Part shown: positions 13,029-24,978 of the stretch, piece after piece | Layout of the letters: the number at the start of each line of letters is the position of its first letter | Numbering within the stretch: the stretch's first letter is position 1 | NCBI RefSeq assembly: GCF_006345805.1 | Contig: NW_021834422.1 | Coordinates: 1 to 48,022 of the forward strand | DNA from: Octopus sinensis | Lineage: Eukaryota | Reading direction: 5' to 3' | Length of the DNA stretch: 48,022 nucleotides | Made by a program: the position numbers and the translations under genes | The notes under the pieces: generated by a model | Seen by the model: only the letters and a program-made list of their open reading frames with translations | Told to the model about the DNA's origin: nothing | Databases searched by the model: none

Positions 13029-14368
13029 TATATATATATGTATATATGGAAAGATAGATATATATGTATAAATGATAACACTCACACCGCAGATATTTAT
13101 TATATATATATATATATATAATATATTATATAATATTATATTTATATATATATGTATATATATATAAAAAGTTGTGTGGGAGGGCTTAGGAATATTTCTG
13201 TAAGTGTGTATATATATATGTGTGTGTGTATAGTAATTAATGTGTATTTATGTCACTGAATTGGCTGTATGTCTGTCTGAAATTTCTGGGGTCTCTTTGC
13301 CACGTGTGTATATGTGTAAGTGTCTATGATGTATAATAACATGTGTATATATATCCATATATATACATGTATTGTATGTCTCGATATGCCTGTGTGCATG
13401 TAAGTTTTTCGGTATATTGGTATGTTTTTGTGTTTGCATGTATGTAAATATATAGACATGTATATGTATGTATATATGTGTGTGTATGTTGATATATATA
13501 TATAAATACAGGTAGGCATGTATGTATACATATATATGTGAGTGTGTTCTGTTGAAGGTGGGTGTGTGATTATATGTATATATATATATGTATATATATA
13601 TATTCTTATATATGTATGTATGTATATATATATCCAAAAGTCGTGTCAGAGACATCGAAATAAAGTAGCCATTTGACCAAGTTGTGTAGGGCATTCCATG
13701 CTGTGGGGACCTGTTGATGGCCTCCTTTCAAGCTTCCATCTCATCTCAGCATCCCTGTCCTCATCCGACACAAGCGTCCTCCCTAACAGCAACGCCATTC
13801 GCTCGGATGCGGAGAGACACTCGAGAGAGAGTGAGAGTTCTACAAGAATTCTGTTGGTGGAGGTTGGGGGAGGGGGCTGGGTGGCGGTGGTGGTGGCGGT
13901 GGCGGTTAGGGTGGAGAGAAGTGGGATGAGGAGGGGGAGGAGGGGGAGGAGGAGGAGTAATAAAGGAAGGAGGGGGACAGTGAAGGAGGTTGTTTTACGG
14001 CGTGGAGAGATGGCAGGAGGAGAGTAAAGAGAGGAGGTGATGAAGAGTGGGGGGCGCTGTTTGGGAGATTGGGGCAGAGGAGAGAGCAAGAGGGAGAGAA
14101 AACGAGAGAGAGACAGAGAGAGAGAGAAAGAGAGAGAGCAAAAGAGAGAGACAGGGAGAGAGAGAGAGCGAAAGAGAAAGAGAGAGAATGGGAGAGGAGA
14201 GTAACAGGGAGAGAGAGGGAGAGAGAGAGAGCAAAAGTAGATCAGGGAAAATATCTGGAGAGAGAGATGGAATAAAAGATTGAGGGAGGAAAGTGAATGG
14301 AAAGAGAGATGGAATGAGAGAAAGGAAGAGTAAGGTGTATTGATTGATAGAGATAAAGAAAATGAGGG

Positions 14369-14420
<52 letters not shown>

Positions 14421-14589
14421 AAATATACATATATACATTCATATACATAGACACACATATATCAACATAAGTACACATACATACTATACATACATATAGA
14501 TTATGTAAATACATATATATATACATACAAAACATACATACATACATACTACACAGACTCACACACACACTCATACACACACATATATA

Positions 14590-15266
14590 TATAGATATAT
14601 ATATATACACACACACACACACATAAAGCATACATACATACACACATACATACATTCATACATACATACACATACATACATTTGTACATACCAACATACA
14701 TACCTACATACATATATACCTACATACATACATATATGCATACATACACACATACATACACATACATACATACATACATGCATACATACATACATATATA
14801 CATACCTACATACACACACATATACTTACACGCATACACACACATACATACATACATACACACACATACACACACATACATACCTACATACATACACATA
14901 TACTTACACGCACATACATACATACATACATACATACATACACATACATACACACATACACACATACCTACCTACATACATACATACATACATACATACG
15001 TACACACTCACACATACACACATACATACATACATACATACATACATGCATACATACATACATACATACATACATACACACATACACACATACCTACATA
15101 CACACATACATACATACATACATACATACATGCATACATACATACATACATACATACATACATACATGCATACATACATACATACATACATACAAACGTA
15201 CATACATACATACATACATACATACACACATACATGCATACATACATACACACATACACACATACA

Positions 15267-15298
<32 letters not shown>

Positions 15299-15640
15299 AA
15301 CATACATACATACATACACACACATACATACATACATACATACATGCATACATACATACATACATACATACACACATACACACATACATACATACATACA
15401 TACATACGTACATACATACACATACACACATACACACATACATACATGCATACATACATACATACATACATACATACCACATACACACATACCTACATAC
15501 ACACATACATACATACATACATGCATACATACATACATAATACATACATACATACATGCATACATACATACACACACATATACATACATACATACACACA
15601 CATATACATACATACATACATACATACGTGCATACATTAT
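14590..15640 (+). repeat. (TACA)n microsatellite of about 1 kb
   Basis: Direct reading of the sequence. Confidence 0.95.
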
Positions 15641-16139
15641 ACATATGTGTGTGTTGAGAAGAGGGGGGGGAGAGAATGATGAAAAAAGTGACAGTGGTGA
15701 GTTGACAGTCTGTCTATAAGAGTGCGTGTGTGTGTGTGTGTGAGTGTGTGTGTGTGTAATACTGGAAAAAATAGTGTGTAAAAGAGAATAAGCAGGTGAG
15801 ATATAGGGAAGAGAGAGAGATAGATAGAGAGAGAGAGAGAGAGAGAGTGTGGGGAGAAAGAGAGAGAGAGAGGAAGATAGACAGAGAGGTTTTAACAGAG
15901 AATAAGAGGGAAGGAGTACAAGAGGGCAAGAATAAGACAGGGAGTGAAGAGAGAGAGAGAGAGAGAGAGAGAATAAAAGAGAGAGAAGAGAAGAGAAAAA
16001 GAACAGAAGTGAAAGAAAGAAAACAGGGAAAAAAAGAAAGAAGGAAGTGTTCAGATAAAATGAAAGTTAAGCTGAATAATAATTAGCCCCTAAAGGGCTT
16101 TCTTGTCTCCCTAAAAATGCATCCGCAGGGAATTGTAGC

Positions 16140-16745
16140 CACAACATATAAGACCTTTACATCTTTGTACAGATGTATGTCCACAGTGGAGTGTACCAGC
16201 AGTGTATATGATCTGTATAAATATATGTCCACAAGGAAGTGTAGCAACAGTGTATCCTCACATTTCTGTACAAATATAAGTCTACAAGGAAGTGTGGCAA
16301 CAGTGTATCCTCACATTTCTATACAGATATATGTCCACCAGGAAGTGTAGTAACAGTGTATCCTCACATTTCTGTACAGATATATGTCCACAAGGAAGTG
16401 TAATAAAAGCGTATTCTCACATTTCTATACAGATAAATGTCCACAAGGAAGTGTAGCAACAGTGTATCCTCACATTTCTATACAGATAAAAGTCCACAAG
16501 GAAGTGTAGCAACAGTGTATCCTCACATTTCTATACAGATATATGTCCATATGGAAATGTAGTTACAGTGTATAAAATCTTTCTATCTTCACATGTTTGT
16601 AGAGATATATGTCCACAAAGAAGTGTAACAGTGTATTAGAGCTTCACATTTCTGTACAGATATATAGCCACAGGGAAGTGTAGTTACTGTATATCTTCAC
16701 ATTACTCTACAACTATATGTCCATAAAGAACTATAGCTACAGTAC
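16140..16745 (+). repeat. 53-bp minisatellite, about 11 copies
   Basis: Unit CCACAAGGAAGTGTAGCAACAGTGTATCCTCACATTTCTATACAGATATATGT; CCACAAG recurs at 16441 and 16494. Confidence 0.9.
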
Positions 16746-16799
16746 ATTATTTACATTGTTTACATTTGACGGATATTTGTCCTCATCTTGTTTGTTGTT

Positions 16800-16845
16800 A
16801 ACACAATGTTTCAGCTGATATACCCTCCAGCCTTCATCAGGTGTC
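16800..16845 (-). ncRNA. Minimal hammerhead ribozyme, probably inactivated
   Basis: GACAC-CUGAUGA-A-GGCUG[10 nt]CAGCU-GAAA-CAUU-GUGUU. Stems I and II pair; CAUU looks like a CpG-decayed CGUU (minimal palindromic stem III). Confidence 0.55.
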
Positions 16846-16900
16846 TTCGGGAAATTTCGAACCTGGGTTCTCATTCCTAAGGTATTTTTCGATGTTGTTG

Positions 16901-16941
<41 letters not shown>

Positions 16942-16984
16942 GTTATTATTATTATTACAATGGGCGAAAGGCCTCAAATTCTGC

Positions 16985-17280
16985 AGAGGTCGACTTTGCT
17001 TTTCTTCCTTTTGGGGTCGATAAATTAAGCACTAGTTGCATATTGGGGTCGATCTAATCGACTGGCCCCCTCCCCCAAAATTTTGGGCCTTGTACCTAGA
17101 GTAGACAAGACCATAAGCACAAGGCCTGAAATTTTGAGAGGGGGGGGGGGGCTAGTCGTTTACATTGACCCTAGTGCATAACTGGTACTTATTTCATCGA
17201 TCCTAAAAGGATGAAAGGCAAAGTCAAACCCTGGTGGGATTCGAACTCAGAATGTAAAGATCGATGAAATAACAATAATA
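16985..17280. mobile_element. Tail-to-tail inverted pair of SINE A2 fragments
   Basis: Plus copy about 16985-17110, minus copy about 17116-17280. Confidence 0.8.
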
Positions 17281-17589
17281 CCCGGCGGGCGGATTTCAAA
17301 ACCATAATGACACTGTTTTGTGTGACTCTGACACTCATGGCTATCACATGATGTCAAGACAAGGGACACAAACAAACAAACACACACACACACATGTATA
17401 CAACAGGCTTCTTTTAGTTTCTGTCTATGAAATCCATTTACAAGGCTTTATTGTAGGAGACCCTTCTTCTGAAAACATGTGGTTGAGAAACAAACTCATT
17501 AACCACGAAGCCATGCATAATAATATTTTTTTAATTATTAATATTATGTTAAAATTAGAAAATTCTAATTGATATGATGTTAGAAATTC

Positions 17590-18050
17590 ATTCTGTTGTG
17601 TCTGGGGAGGGTCATTTTCTTTTTCTGCCTTATAATTTAACACACTCACTGGTAAAATTTCCACTTATTCTTTATTTTTATTTTCCTAAAATTTTTGTTG
17701 CATCTTGCAACCTTTTCAATAGTCTTGACTCTTGCAACCTTTTCAATAGTCTTGACTCTTGCAACCTTTTCAATAGTCTTGACTCTTGTAACCTTTTCAA
17801 TAGTCTTGACTCTTGCAACCTTTTCAATAGTCTTGACTCTTGCAACCTTTTCAATTGTCTTGACTCTTGTAACCTTTTCAGTAGTCTTGACTCTTGCAAC
17901 CTTTTCAATAGTCAAGACTATTGAAAAGGTTGCAAGATGCAACAAAAATTTTAGGAAAATAAAAATAAGAAATAAGTGGAAATTTTACCGGTGAGTGTGT
18001 TAAATCATAAGGCACAAAAAGAAAATGACTCTCTCCAGAAACAACAGAAT
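17590..18050. repeat. Fold-back element with 139-bp arms and a central 27-bp tandem array
   Basis: Arms 17590-17728 and 17912-18050 (about 8 mismatches); about 8 copies of CTTGCAACCTTTTCAATAGTCTTGACT. Confidence 0.9.
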
Positions 18051-18145
18051 ATGCTTCAACACACAAACTCATATAAAGAATCTTGCAAACCAATCTAAAA
18101 ATGAAATAGAAATTCATTAATTTCTGAATAGTAATAATAATGATA

Positions 18146-18362
18146 ATCCTTTCTACTATAGGCACAAGGCCTAAAATTTTCGGGGAGGGGACTGATTGAT
18201 TACACCGACCCCAGTACTCAACTGGTCCTTAATTTATCAACCCTGAAAACATGAAAGTCAAAGTTGACCCCGGTGGAATTTGAACTCAGAAAACGTAAAA
18301 ACAGATGAAGTGCTGCTAAGCATTTTCCCCAGCATGCTAACGATTCTGCCAGCTTGCTACCT
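18146..18362 (-). mobile_element. SINE A2
   Basis: Family match. Confidence 0.85.
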
Positions 18363-18409
18363 TAATACTAATGATGATGATGATGATGATGATGGGATTT
18401 CTCTACAAG

Positions 18410-18670
18410 GACTGACTATATAATTGAAGCGAGGAAACCAGATAAGATTGGTGAAGCCAGGAAAGGAAAAGACAACAAAAGCAAACACTGTAAATGTCAT
18501 AAACTTTGCAAAAATTATATTTTAAGTAGAGAGGAAAAGAAAGAATTTAGAAAACTGATAAATTTTAGGATTTAGTGAAAGGGATGAAAAGATTGTGGGA
18601 AGACAAACATGAGGATTATTCCAATAGTAATTGGAGCACGTGGCACAATACCCAAATTGCTACCTAAGAA
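18410..18670 (+). mobile_element. Degraded RLE LINE fragment
   Basis: ARKPD...IIPIVIGARGTIPK motifs across frameshifts. Confidence 0.55.
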
Positions 18671-18693
18671 GCTGAAGGATGTTAGGATTTAAG

Positions 18694-18922
18694 GGTGGTG
18701 AGCTGGCAGAATCCTTAGCATGCCGGGCAAAATGCTTAGCGGTATTTCGTCTGCTGTCACGTTCTGAGTTAAAATTCCGCCGAGGTCGACTTTGCCTTTC
18801 ATCCTTTCGGGGTCGATAAATTAAGTACCAATTACGCACTGGGGTCGATGTAATCAACTTAATCCGTTTGTCTGTTCTTGTTTGTCCCCTTTATGTATAG
18901 CCCCTTGTGGGCAATAAAGAAA
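18694..18922 (+). mobile_element. SINE A1
   Basis: Family match. Confidence 0.9.
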
Positions 18923-19261
18923 TATGAATTACAACAGTAAATAGAGCTGTAGTCAAGAGTGTGACAGTGCCATGGGTGTTAGAAAAGGGAATTTTCGGGA
19001 TGGCTTGACAGGGATGGATTGAGAGCAGGAACATAGACAAGCCGATATCTTTTCAGGATTTCATTTTAGCTGAGCTGGAGAGAGCTCATCCATAGGTTAT
19101 TTTTTTCACAACTTTGTCCCACATCTATTTCTTTATTACCCACAAGGGGCCAAACAAAGAGGGGACAAACAAGGACGGACATAGGTATTAAGTCGATTAC
19201 ATTGACCCCAGTGCGTAACTGGCACTTAATTTATCGACCCCGAAAGGATGAAAGGCAAAGT

Positions 19262-19610
19262 CGACCTTCCTGCATCTCCCTATTCCACAGATCCCATCCA
19301 TTTCCAGTGAGTGCCACTTTTTCATGTGACAGTTCTCATCCTCCTACATCACATGACCATACAACACAGTCTCTTGCACACAAAATCTGATTCCTTTTAT
19401 ACCTGGTCTTTTGCTCAACACATTTGCACTTTGTCATACATGCGCACTGATGCGCAACGTTTGGCAGAGCATATTAGCTTCACTTCTTTCCAGCCTTCTG
19501 TACTCTCTGTATTCACGGCTCACATTTCACTATTGTATAGCATTTCAGTTTGTGTATCATACAATCTGCCTTTCAATCTGAGAGAGAGAAGCCTTTTGAA
19601 TCCCTGCTAA
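19262..19610 (-). mobile_element. RTE-clade LINE C-terminal relic
   Basis: KGFSLRLKGRLYD...LERSEANML...YGHVM, degraded. Confidence 0.7.
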
Positions 19611-19835
19611 TTAAATTAGTATGTAATAGCTATCTGAATAATGATAGTAATGTTTTTTTCTAATCTTGGCACTAGGCCAGCAATTTGAGGGGAGGGGGTG
19701 CCAATTACATTGACCTGAGGTGCTTAAGTGGTACTTATTTTATGAACCCTAAAAAGGATGAAAGGCAAAGTGAACCTCAACAGAAAGTAAGTATTTTATC
19801 CAACATGGTAATGATCCTGCCAGCTCACTGCCATA

Positions 19836-19856
19836 TGAATGATAATAATAATAATA

Positions 19857-19896
<40 letters not shown>

Positions 19897-19919
19897 TGAT
19901 GATAATGATAATAATAATG

Positions 19920-19974
<55 letters not shown>

Positions 19975-20018
19975 TAATGATAATAATAATAATGATAATA
20001 ATAATAATGATGATAATG

Positions 20019-20057
<39 letters not shown>

Positions 20058-20111
20058 CTGATGATAATGATAATAATAATGATAATAATAATAATAATAA
20101 TGATGATGATG

Positions 20112-20155
<44 letters not shown>

Positions 20156-20210
20156 GATGATAATGATAATAATAATAATAATAATAATAAGGATAATAAT
20201 AATAATAATG

Positions 20211-20247
<37 letters not shown>

Positions 20248-20336
20248 TGATGATGATAATAATAATAATGATAATAATAATAATAATAATAAGGATAATA
20301 ATAATAATAATGATGATGATGATAATAATAATAATG

Positions 20337-20370
<34 letters not shown>

Positions 20371-20453
20371 GGATAATAATAATAATAATGATGATGATGA
20401 TAATAATAATAATGATAATAATAATAATAATAATGATAATAATAATAATAATG

Positions 20454-20511
<58 letters not shown>

Positions 20512-20523
20512 TGATGATGATAA
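19836..20523 (+). repeat. (AAT/GAT)n tract of about 690 bp adjoining a SINE A2 3' end
   Basis: Runs directly into the 3' end of the minus-strand A2 copy at 20524-20740. Confidence 0.95.
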
Positions 20524-20985
20524 TCGTCCTTTCTATTATCGGCACAAGGCCTGGAATATGTGGGGAGGGGACTAGTTGATTCCATTGACCCCCCCAGTGT
20601 TTCACTGGTATGTAATTTATTGACTCTGAAAGGATGAAAGGCAAAAACCATCCTCAGCAGAATTTGAACTCAGAACATAATGACAGGTGAAATACTGCTA
20701 AGCATTTTGCCTGGTGTGCTAACAATTCTGCCAGCTCACAGCTTTAATAATAATAATAACAATAATAGCAATCCTTTCTACTATAGGCACAAGGCCTGAA
20801 ATTTAGTAGAGGGGACTAGTTGATTTACATCGACCCCAGGATTCAACTGGTACTTAATTTATCAACCCTGCAAGAATGAAAGGCAAAGTCAACCTTGATG
20901 GCATTTGAACTCAGAATGTAAAGACGGATGAAATGCTGCTAAGCATTTCACTCGCCATTCTAATGATTCTGCCAGCTCGCTGCCT
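20524..20985 (-). mobile_element. Two tandem SINE A2 copies (20524-20740, 20771-20985)
   Basis: Family match, separated by (AAT)n. Confidence 0.85.
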
Positions 20986-21009
20986 AAATAATAATAATAA
21001 TAATAATAA

Positions 21010-21450
21010 TAATATAAATAAATATAAAGATCTTGAAATAGAAATCAGCAAAATGTGGAACCTGAAGACTAAAACAATACCTGTTGTCATAGGTGCCCTG
21101 GGAATGATAGCAAAAGGGGCTGATAGCTACCTAACTCAGATACCAGGAAACCCAAAAATGGCCGAAATTCAAAAGATAGTGCTCATGGGAACTGCTCATA
21201 TCCTACGCAAAATACTTTCTACGTAATCTCAAGGTTTAAAACAAACATAATTTTCGGTTTAAAAAAAAAAAAAGAAAATTTTTTCTTTTTTTTTTTAGAC
21301 ATTCATTAGTACAATACCAAAAACTCCCTCCCCCAAATATATGGCACACTAGGCATAACAACAACATGAACTTCCAACCTGTTATCTCTTGAGGTCTCTG
21401 GGTGAGACTTGGAGCCAACTTGTACAAATATAAAGCAAAACTCAAACATA

Positions 21451-21451
<1 letters not shown>
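21010..21451 (+). mobile_element. R4/Dong-like (RLE) LINE 3' fragment
   Basis: KYKDLEIEISKMWNLKTKTIPVVIGALG...GTAHILRKIL*, then a 3' UTR; (AAT)n on both sides. Confidence 0.8.
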
Positions 21452-21483
<32 letters not shown>

Positions 21484-21489
<6 letters not shown>

Positions 21490-22155
21490 GGATGTGTTTA
21501 TTAATTGACATGAGTATTCCTTGTGATCAAAATATAGCAGCGAGAGAATTTGACAAGATCAGTAAATATAAAGACTTGCTAATGGAAATTGAAAAAAATG
21601 TGGCATCTCAAGGCAACTACAGTACCAGTGATTGTAGGATCTCTAGGAATGATAAAAAAAAGGTACTGAAACCTATTTGAAAATGATACCTATTTCTTTA
21701 TTACCCACAAGGGGCTAAACATAGAGGGGACAAACAAGGCAGACAGAGGTATTAAGTCGATTACATCGACCCCAGTGCGTAGCTGTACTTAATTTATCGA
21801 CCCTGAAAGGATAAAAGGCAAAGTCGACCTCGGCGGAATTTGAACTCAGAACGTAGCGCAAGACGAAATACCGCTAAGCATTTTGTCCGGCGCGCTAACG
21901 TTTCTGCTAGCTCACCGCCTATATGAAAATGATACCAGGCTTATTAACTGGAACAACTCATGTACTGAGAAGAGCATTATCGCTGTGAAAACAACATCCA
22001 TCCATGAATTTATTTATTTATTAATTTTTAAATACATATTTTGTCTGTGAATTTGCGTATGTAATCTGGGAATGCATACAATGAGCTTCTCTGCCCTAGG
22101 TATATGGAAAACACTCAGCGAGAAATGGTAGAAAATTTGAAGAAGGAAAAGAAAC

Positions 22156-22156
<1 letters not shown>
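21484..22156 (+). mobile_element. Second R4/Dong-like RLE LINE 3' fragment, split by a SINE
   Basis: CLLIDMSIPCDQNIAAREFDKISKYKDL...GTTHVLRRAL*; (AAT)n on both sides; SINE at 21691-21919. Confidence 0.8.
21691..21919 (-). mobile_element. SINE A1 inserted in RLE LINE
   Basis: 17-bp TSD TAT(T/A)TGAAAATGATACC at 21674-21690 and 21920-21936. Confidence 0.9.
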
Positions 22157-22214
<58 letters not shown>

Positions 22215-22237
22215 TGATGATGATGATGATGATGATT

Positions 22238-22272
<35 letters not shown>

Positions 22273-22622
22273 AATAATCATGGTTTCATAATATGGCACA
22301 AGACCAGCAATTTCAATGAGGGAATAAGTCGATTACATTGACTCCAATGATCAAATGGTTCTTTTTCATTGACCCCCCAAAAGGATGAAAGGAAAAGTTG
22401 AGCTCAGTGGCATTTGAACTCAGAACATAAAGGACAAAATACCACTAAGCATTTTGTCCAGCACGATAATACTTCAGCCAGCTCACTTTTTTTAAAAAAT
22501 GGTAATGTTTCTCCAAATAAAACTGTACTTCGCTTTTGAAGCTCTGATGAAGCTATAAAGCGATACACGAGAACTCAGCTATGAGTGCTTTTCATTTTCT
22601 AGCAGAAACAACTGTGAGCTAA

Positions 22623-23021
22623 TCTCTCTCTATAAAGCTGAAGTTGTCTGTGTGTTTGTGTGTGGCAGGTTTGGTAGCCTTCAACTAACACCATCTCCTC
22701 TGAGACCCTGCAGCGCAAGTTGATCAAAATTGAGAGTATGATAGAAGAAGGCTTGCTCTCCCTTCTGTAGAAAAAAAATTCAAATCGGACCATGTTAATA
22801 CAAAAAATTATTTACATCAAAAAGGTGCTTTTTTTCTATGAAAATCTCTATTTTTTAACGATTTTTTGTCTGGTGTGTCACCATTTCTCGGTGTATTTCA
22901 ACCAGAAAAATGTTCACTTAAAGAGAATAATGAACTACATAATGCAAAATTTTTTACTTTTCAAAAATTCCAATTCTATTGGGTCGAAGCAAACACGAGC
23001 AACGCCGGGTTATACTGCTAG
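22623..23021 (+). mobile_element. Non-autonomous Helitron
   Basis: 5' A|TCTCTCTCTATAAAGCTGAAG; 3' GC-rich ACGAGCAACGCCGGG segment then CTAG|T; inserted between A and T. Confidence 0.75.
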
Positions 23022-23319
23022 TAAAACCTGACAAAAAACTGAAGATTCATCAAGAAAGGAGGAACATAATTGAAGAAGGAGTGTGATATTCCAGAAACCT
23101 GACTGAGAGAAATTGAGGTGACAACCATTGACACCAAATGGGAGAAGCACAAAGCAAAGTACCAAGACGAAACACACTTTAACTGCAGAAAATCTGGGAG
23201 GAAAAAGTTAGGTTCTGATCATAGCGGAATCAACTTTGCCCTCCTGGGGTCACTGAATATGTCATACCAGTTGTAAACAGAGATCAATGTAATGTAAAAA
23301 TCTCTTCTATAGAAAGAGG

Positions 23320-23482
23320 GGCAGGAGTGGCTGTGTGGTAAGTAGCTTGCTAACCAGCCACATGGTTCTGGGTTCAGTCCCACTGCGTGGCATCTTGGGC
23401 AAGTGTCTTCTACTATAGCCTCGGGCCGACCAAAGCCTTGTGAGTGGATTTGGTAGACGGAAACTGAAAGAAGCCCGTCGTA

Positions 23483-23535
<53 letters not shown>

Positions 23536-23750
23536 CTATATGTTTGTGTGTCTGTGTTCGTCCCTCTAGCATTGCTTGACAACCGATGCTGGTGTGTTTA
23601 TGTCCCCGTCACTTAGCAGTTCAACAAAAGAGACTGATAAAATAAGTACTGGGCTTACAAAGGATAAGTCCCGGGGTCAATTTGCTTGACTAAAGGCGGT
23701 GCTCCAGCATGGCCACAGTCAAAATGACTGAAACAAGTAAAAGAGTAAAA
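23320..23750 (+). mobile_element. SINE B
   Basis: Family match. Confidence 0.9.
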
Positions 23751-23764
23751 GAAAAATGTGTTCA

Positions 23765-23879
<115 letters not shown>

Positions 23880-23966
23880 AGCAACACTGCTGTTACTACC
23901 AATATCACCACTTGCTCTTGTTTAGCCCTAGGAATTGCCTAAATAAGCTGAACCACAGCCAAATGT

Positions 23967-24302
23967 GAAGGCGCATGGCTCAGTGGTTAGAGCGTCGAGC
24001 TTATGATCGTGAGGTTGTGAATTCAAATCCCGGACCGGGCTGCGTGTTGTGTTCTTGAGCAAGACACTTTAATTCACGTTGCTCCAGTCCACTCAGCTGT
24101 AGAAATGAGTTGCGACGTCATGGGTGCCAGGCTGTATCGGCCCCTTTGCCTTTCCCTTGGATAACACTGGTGGCATGAAGAGGAGAGGCCAATATGCATG
24201 GGTGTCTGCTGGTCTTCCATAAACCACCTTGCCCAGACTTGTGCCCGGGAGGGTAATTTTCTAGGTGCAATCCCATGGTCAGTCATGACCAAAGGGGGGT
24301 CT
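23967..24302 (+). mobile_element. SINE family D (tRNA head, CORE-like domain)
   Basis: TGGCTCAGTGGTTAGAGCG head; TTGAGCAAGACACTTAA...CTCAGCTGTAGAAATGAG resembles the MIR CORE; minus copy at 36685-37001. Confidence 0.85.
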
Positions 24303-24557
24303 CAGCTCAACAGCCCAATGTGTTCCAACTAAAGTAGTCTCATCTTTTCAGACATAGATTATTCAGGACGCTGTTACCCAATGTGTCCTGCTTTGGTTAA
24401 GGCTGTAGTATGTAACTTAAGTGAGATTGGACTGCTATTTCTAGCAAATAAGGTGGCAAATTACAGATCTTCATTGTCTTGTTATAGTAATTGTTGTTGA
24501 GGAAGATGGAGTGGAAGGTAGAGTGTCGGGGTAGATGTGTGGGTGTGTTTGTTTATA

Positions 24558-24978
24558 TAGGCATAGGAGTGGCTGTGTGGTAAGTAGCTTGCTTACCAAC
24601 CACATGGTTCTGGATTCATTCCCACTGTGTGGCACCTTGGGCAAGTGTCTTCTACTATAGCCTCGGGCCGACCAAAGCCTTGTGAGTGGATTTGGTAAAC
24701 AGAAACTGAAAGAAGCCTGTCGTATATATGTATATATATATATATGTATGTGTGTGTATATGTTTGTGTGTCTGTGTTTGTCCCCCCCAACATCGCTTGA
24801 CAATTGATGCTGGTGTGTTTACATCCCTGTAACTTAGCAGTTCGGCAAAAGTGACCAATAGAATAAGTACTAGGCTTACAAAGAATAAGTCCTGGGGTCG
24901 ATTTGCTCGACTAAAGGCGGTGCTCCAGCATGGCCACAGTCAAATGACTGAAACAAGTAAAAGAGAGTAAAGAGTAAA
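24558..24978 (+). mobile_element. SINE B
   Basis: Family match. Confidence 0.9.

Noticed and set aside
13714-13929. ARMRRDTRERVRV resembling a bHLH basic region
   Set aside because: No helix-loop-helix follows; the frame runs into W/G-rich repeat translation.
17700-17915. CRISPR-like regular repeats (27-bp and 53-bp arrays)
   Set aside because: Head-to-tail repeats with no unique spacers, in a eukaryotic context, with no cas genes.
22536-22581. Fourth hammerhead-like motif (AGCT-CTGATGA-A-GCT/AGC-GATA...CTC-AGCT)
   Set aside because: The GAAA core is GATA and stem III cannot be closed; at best a heavily decayed relic.
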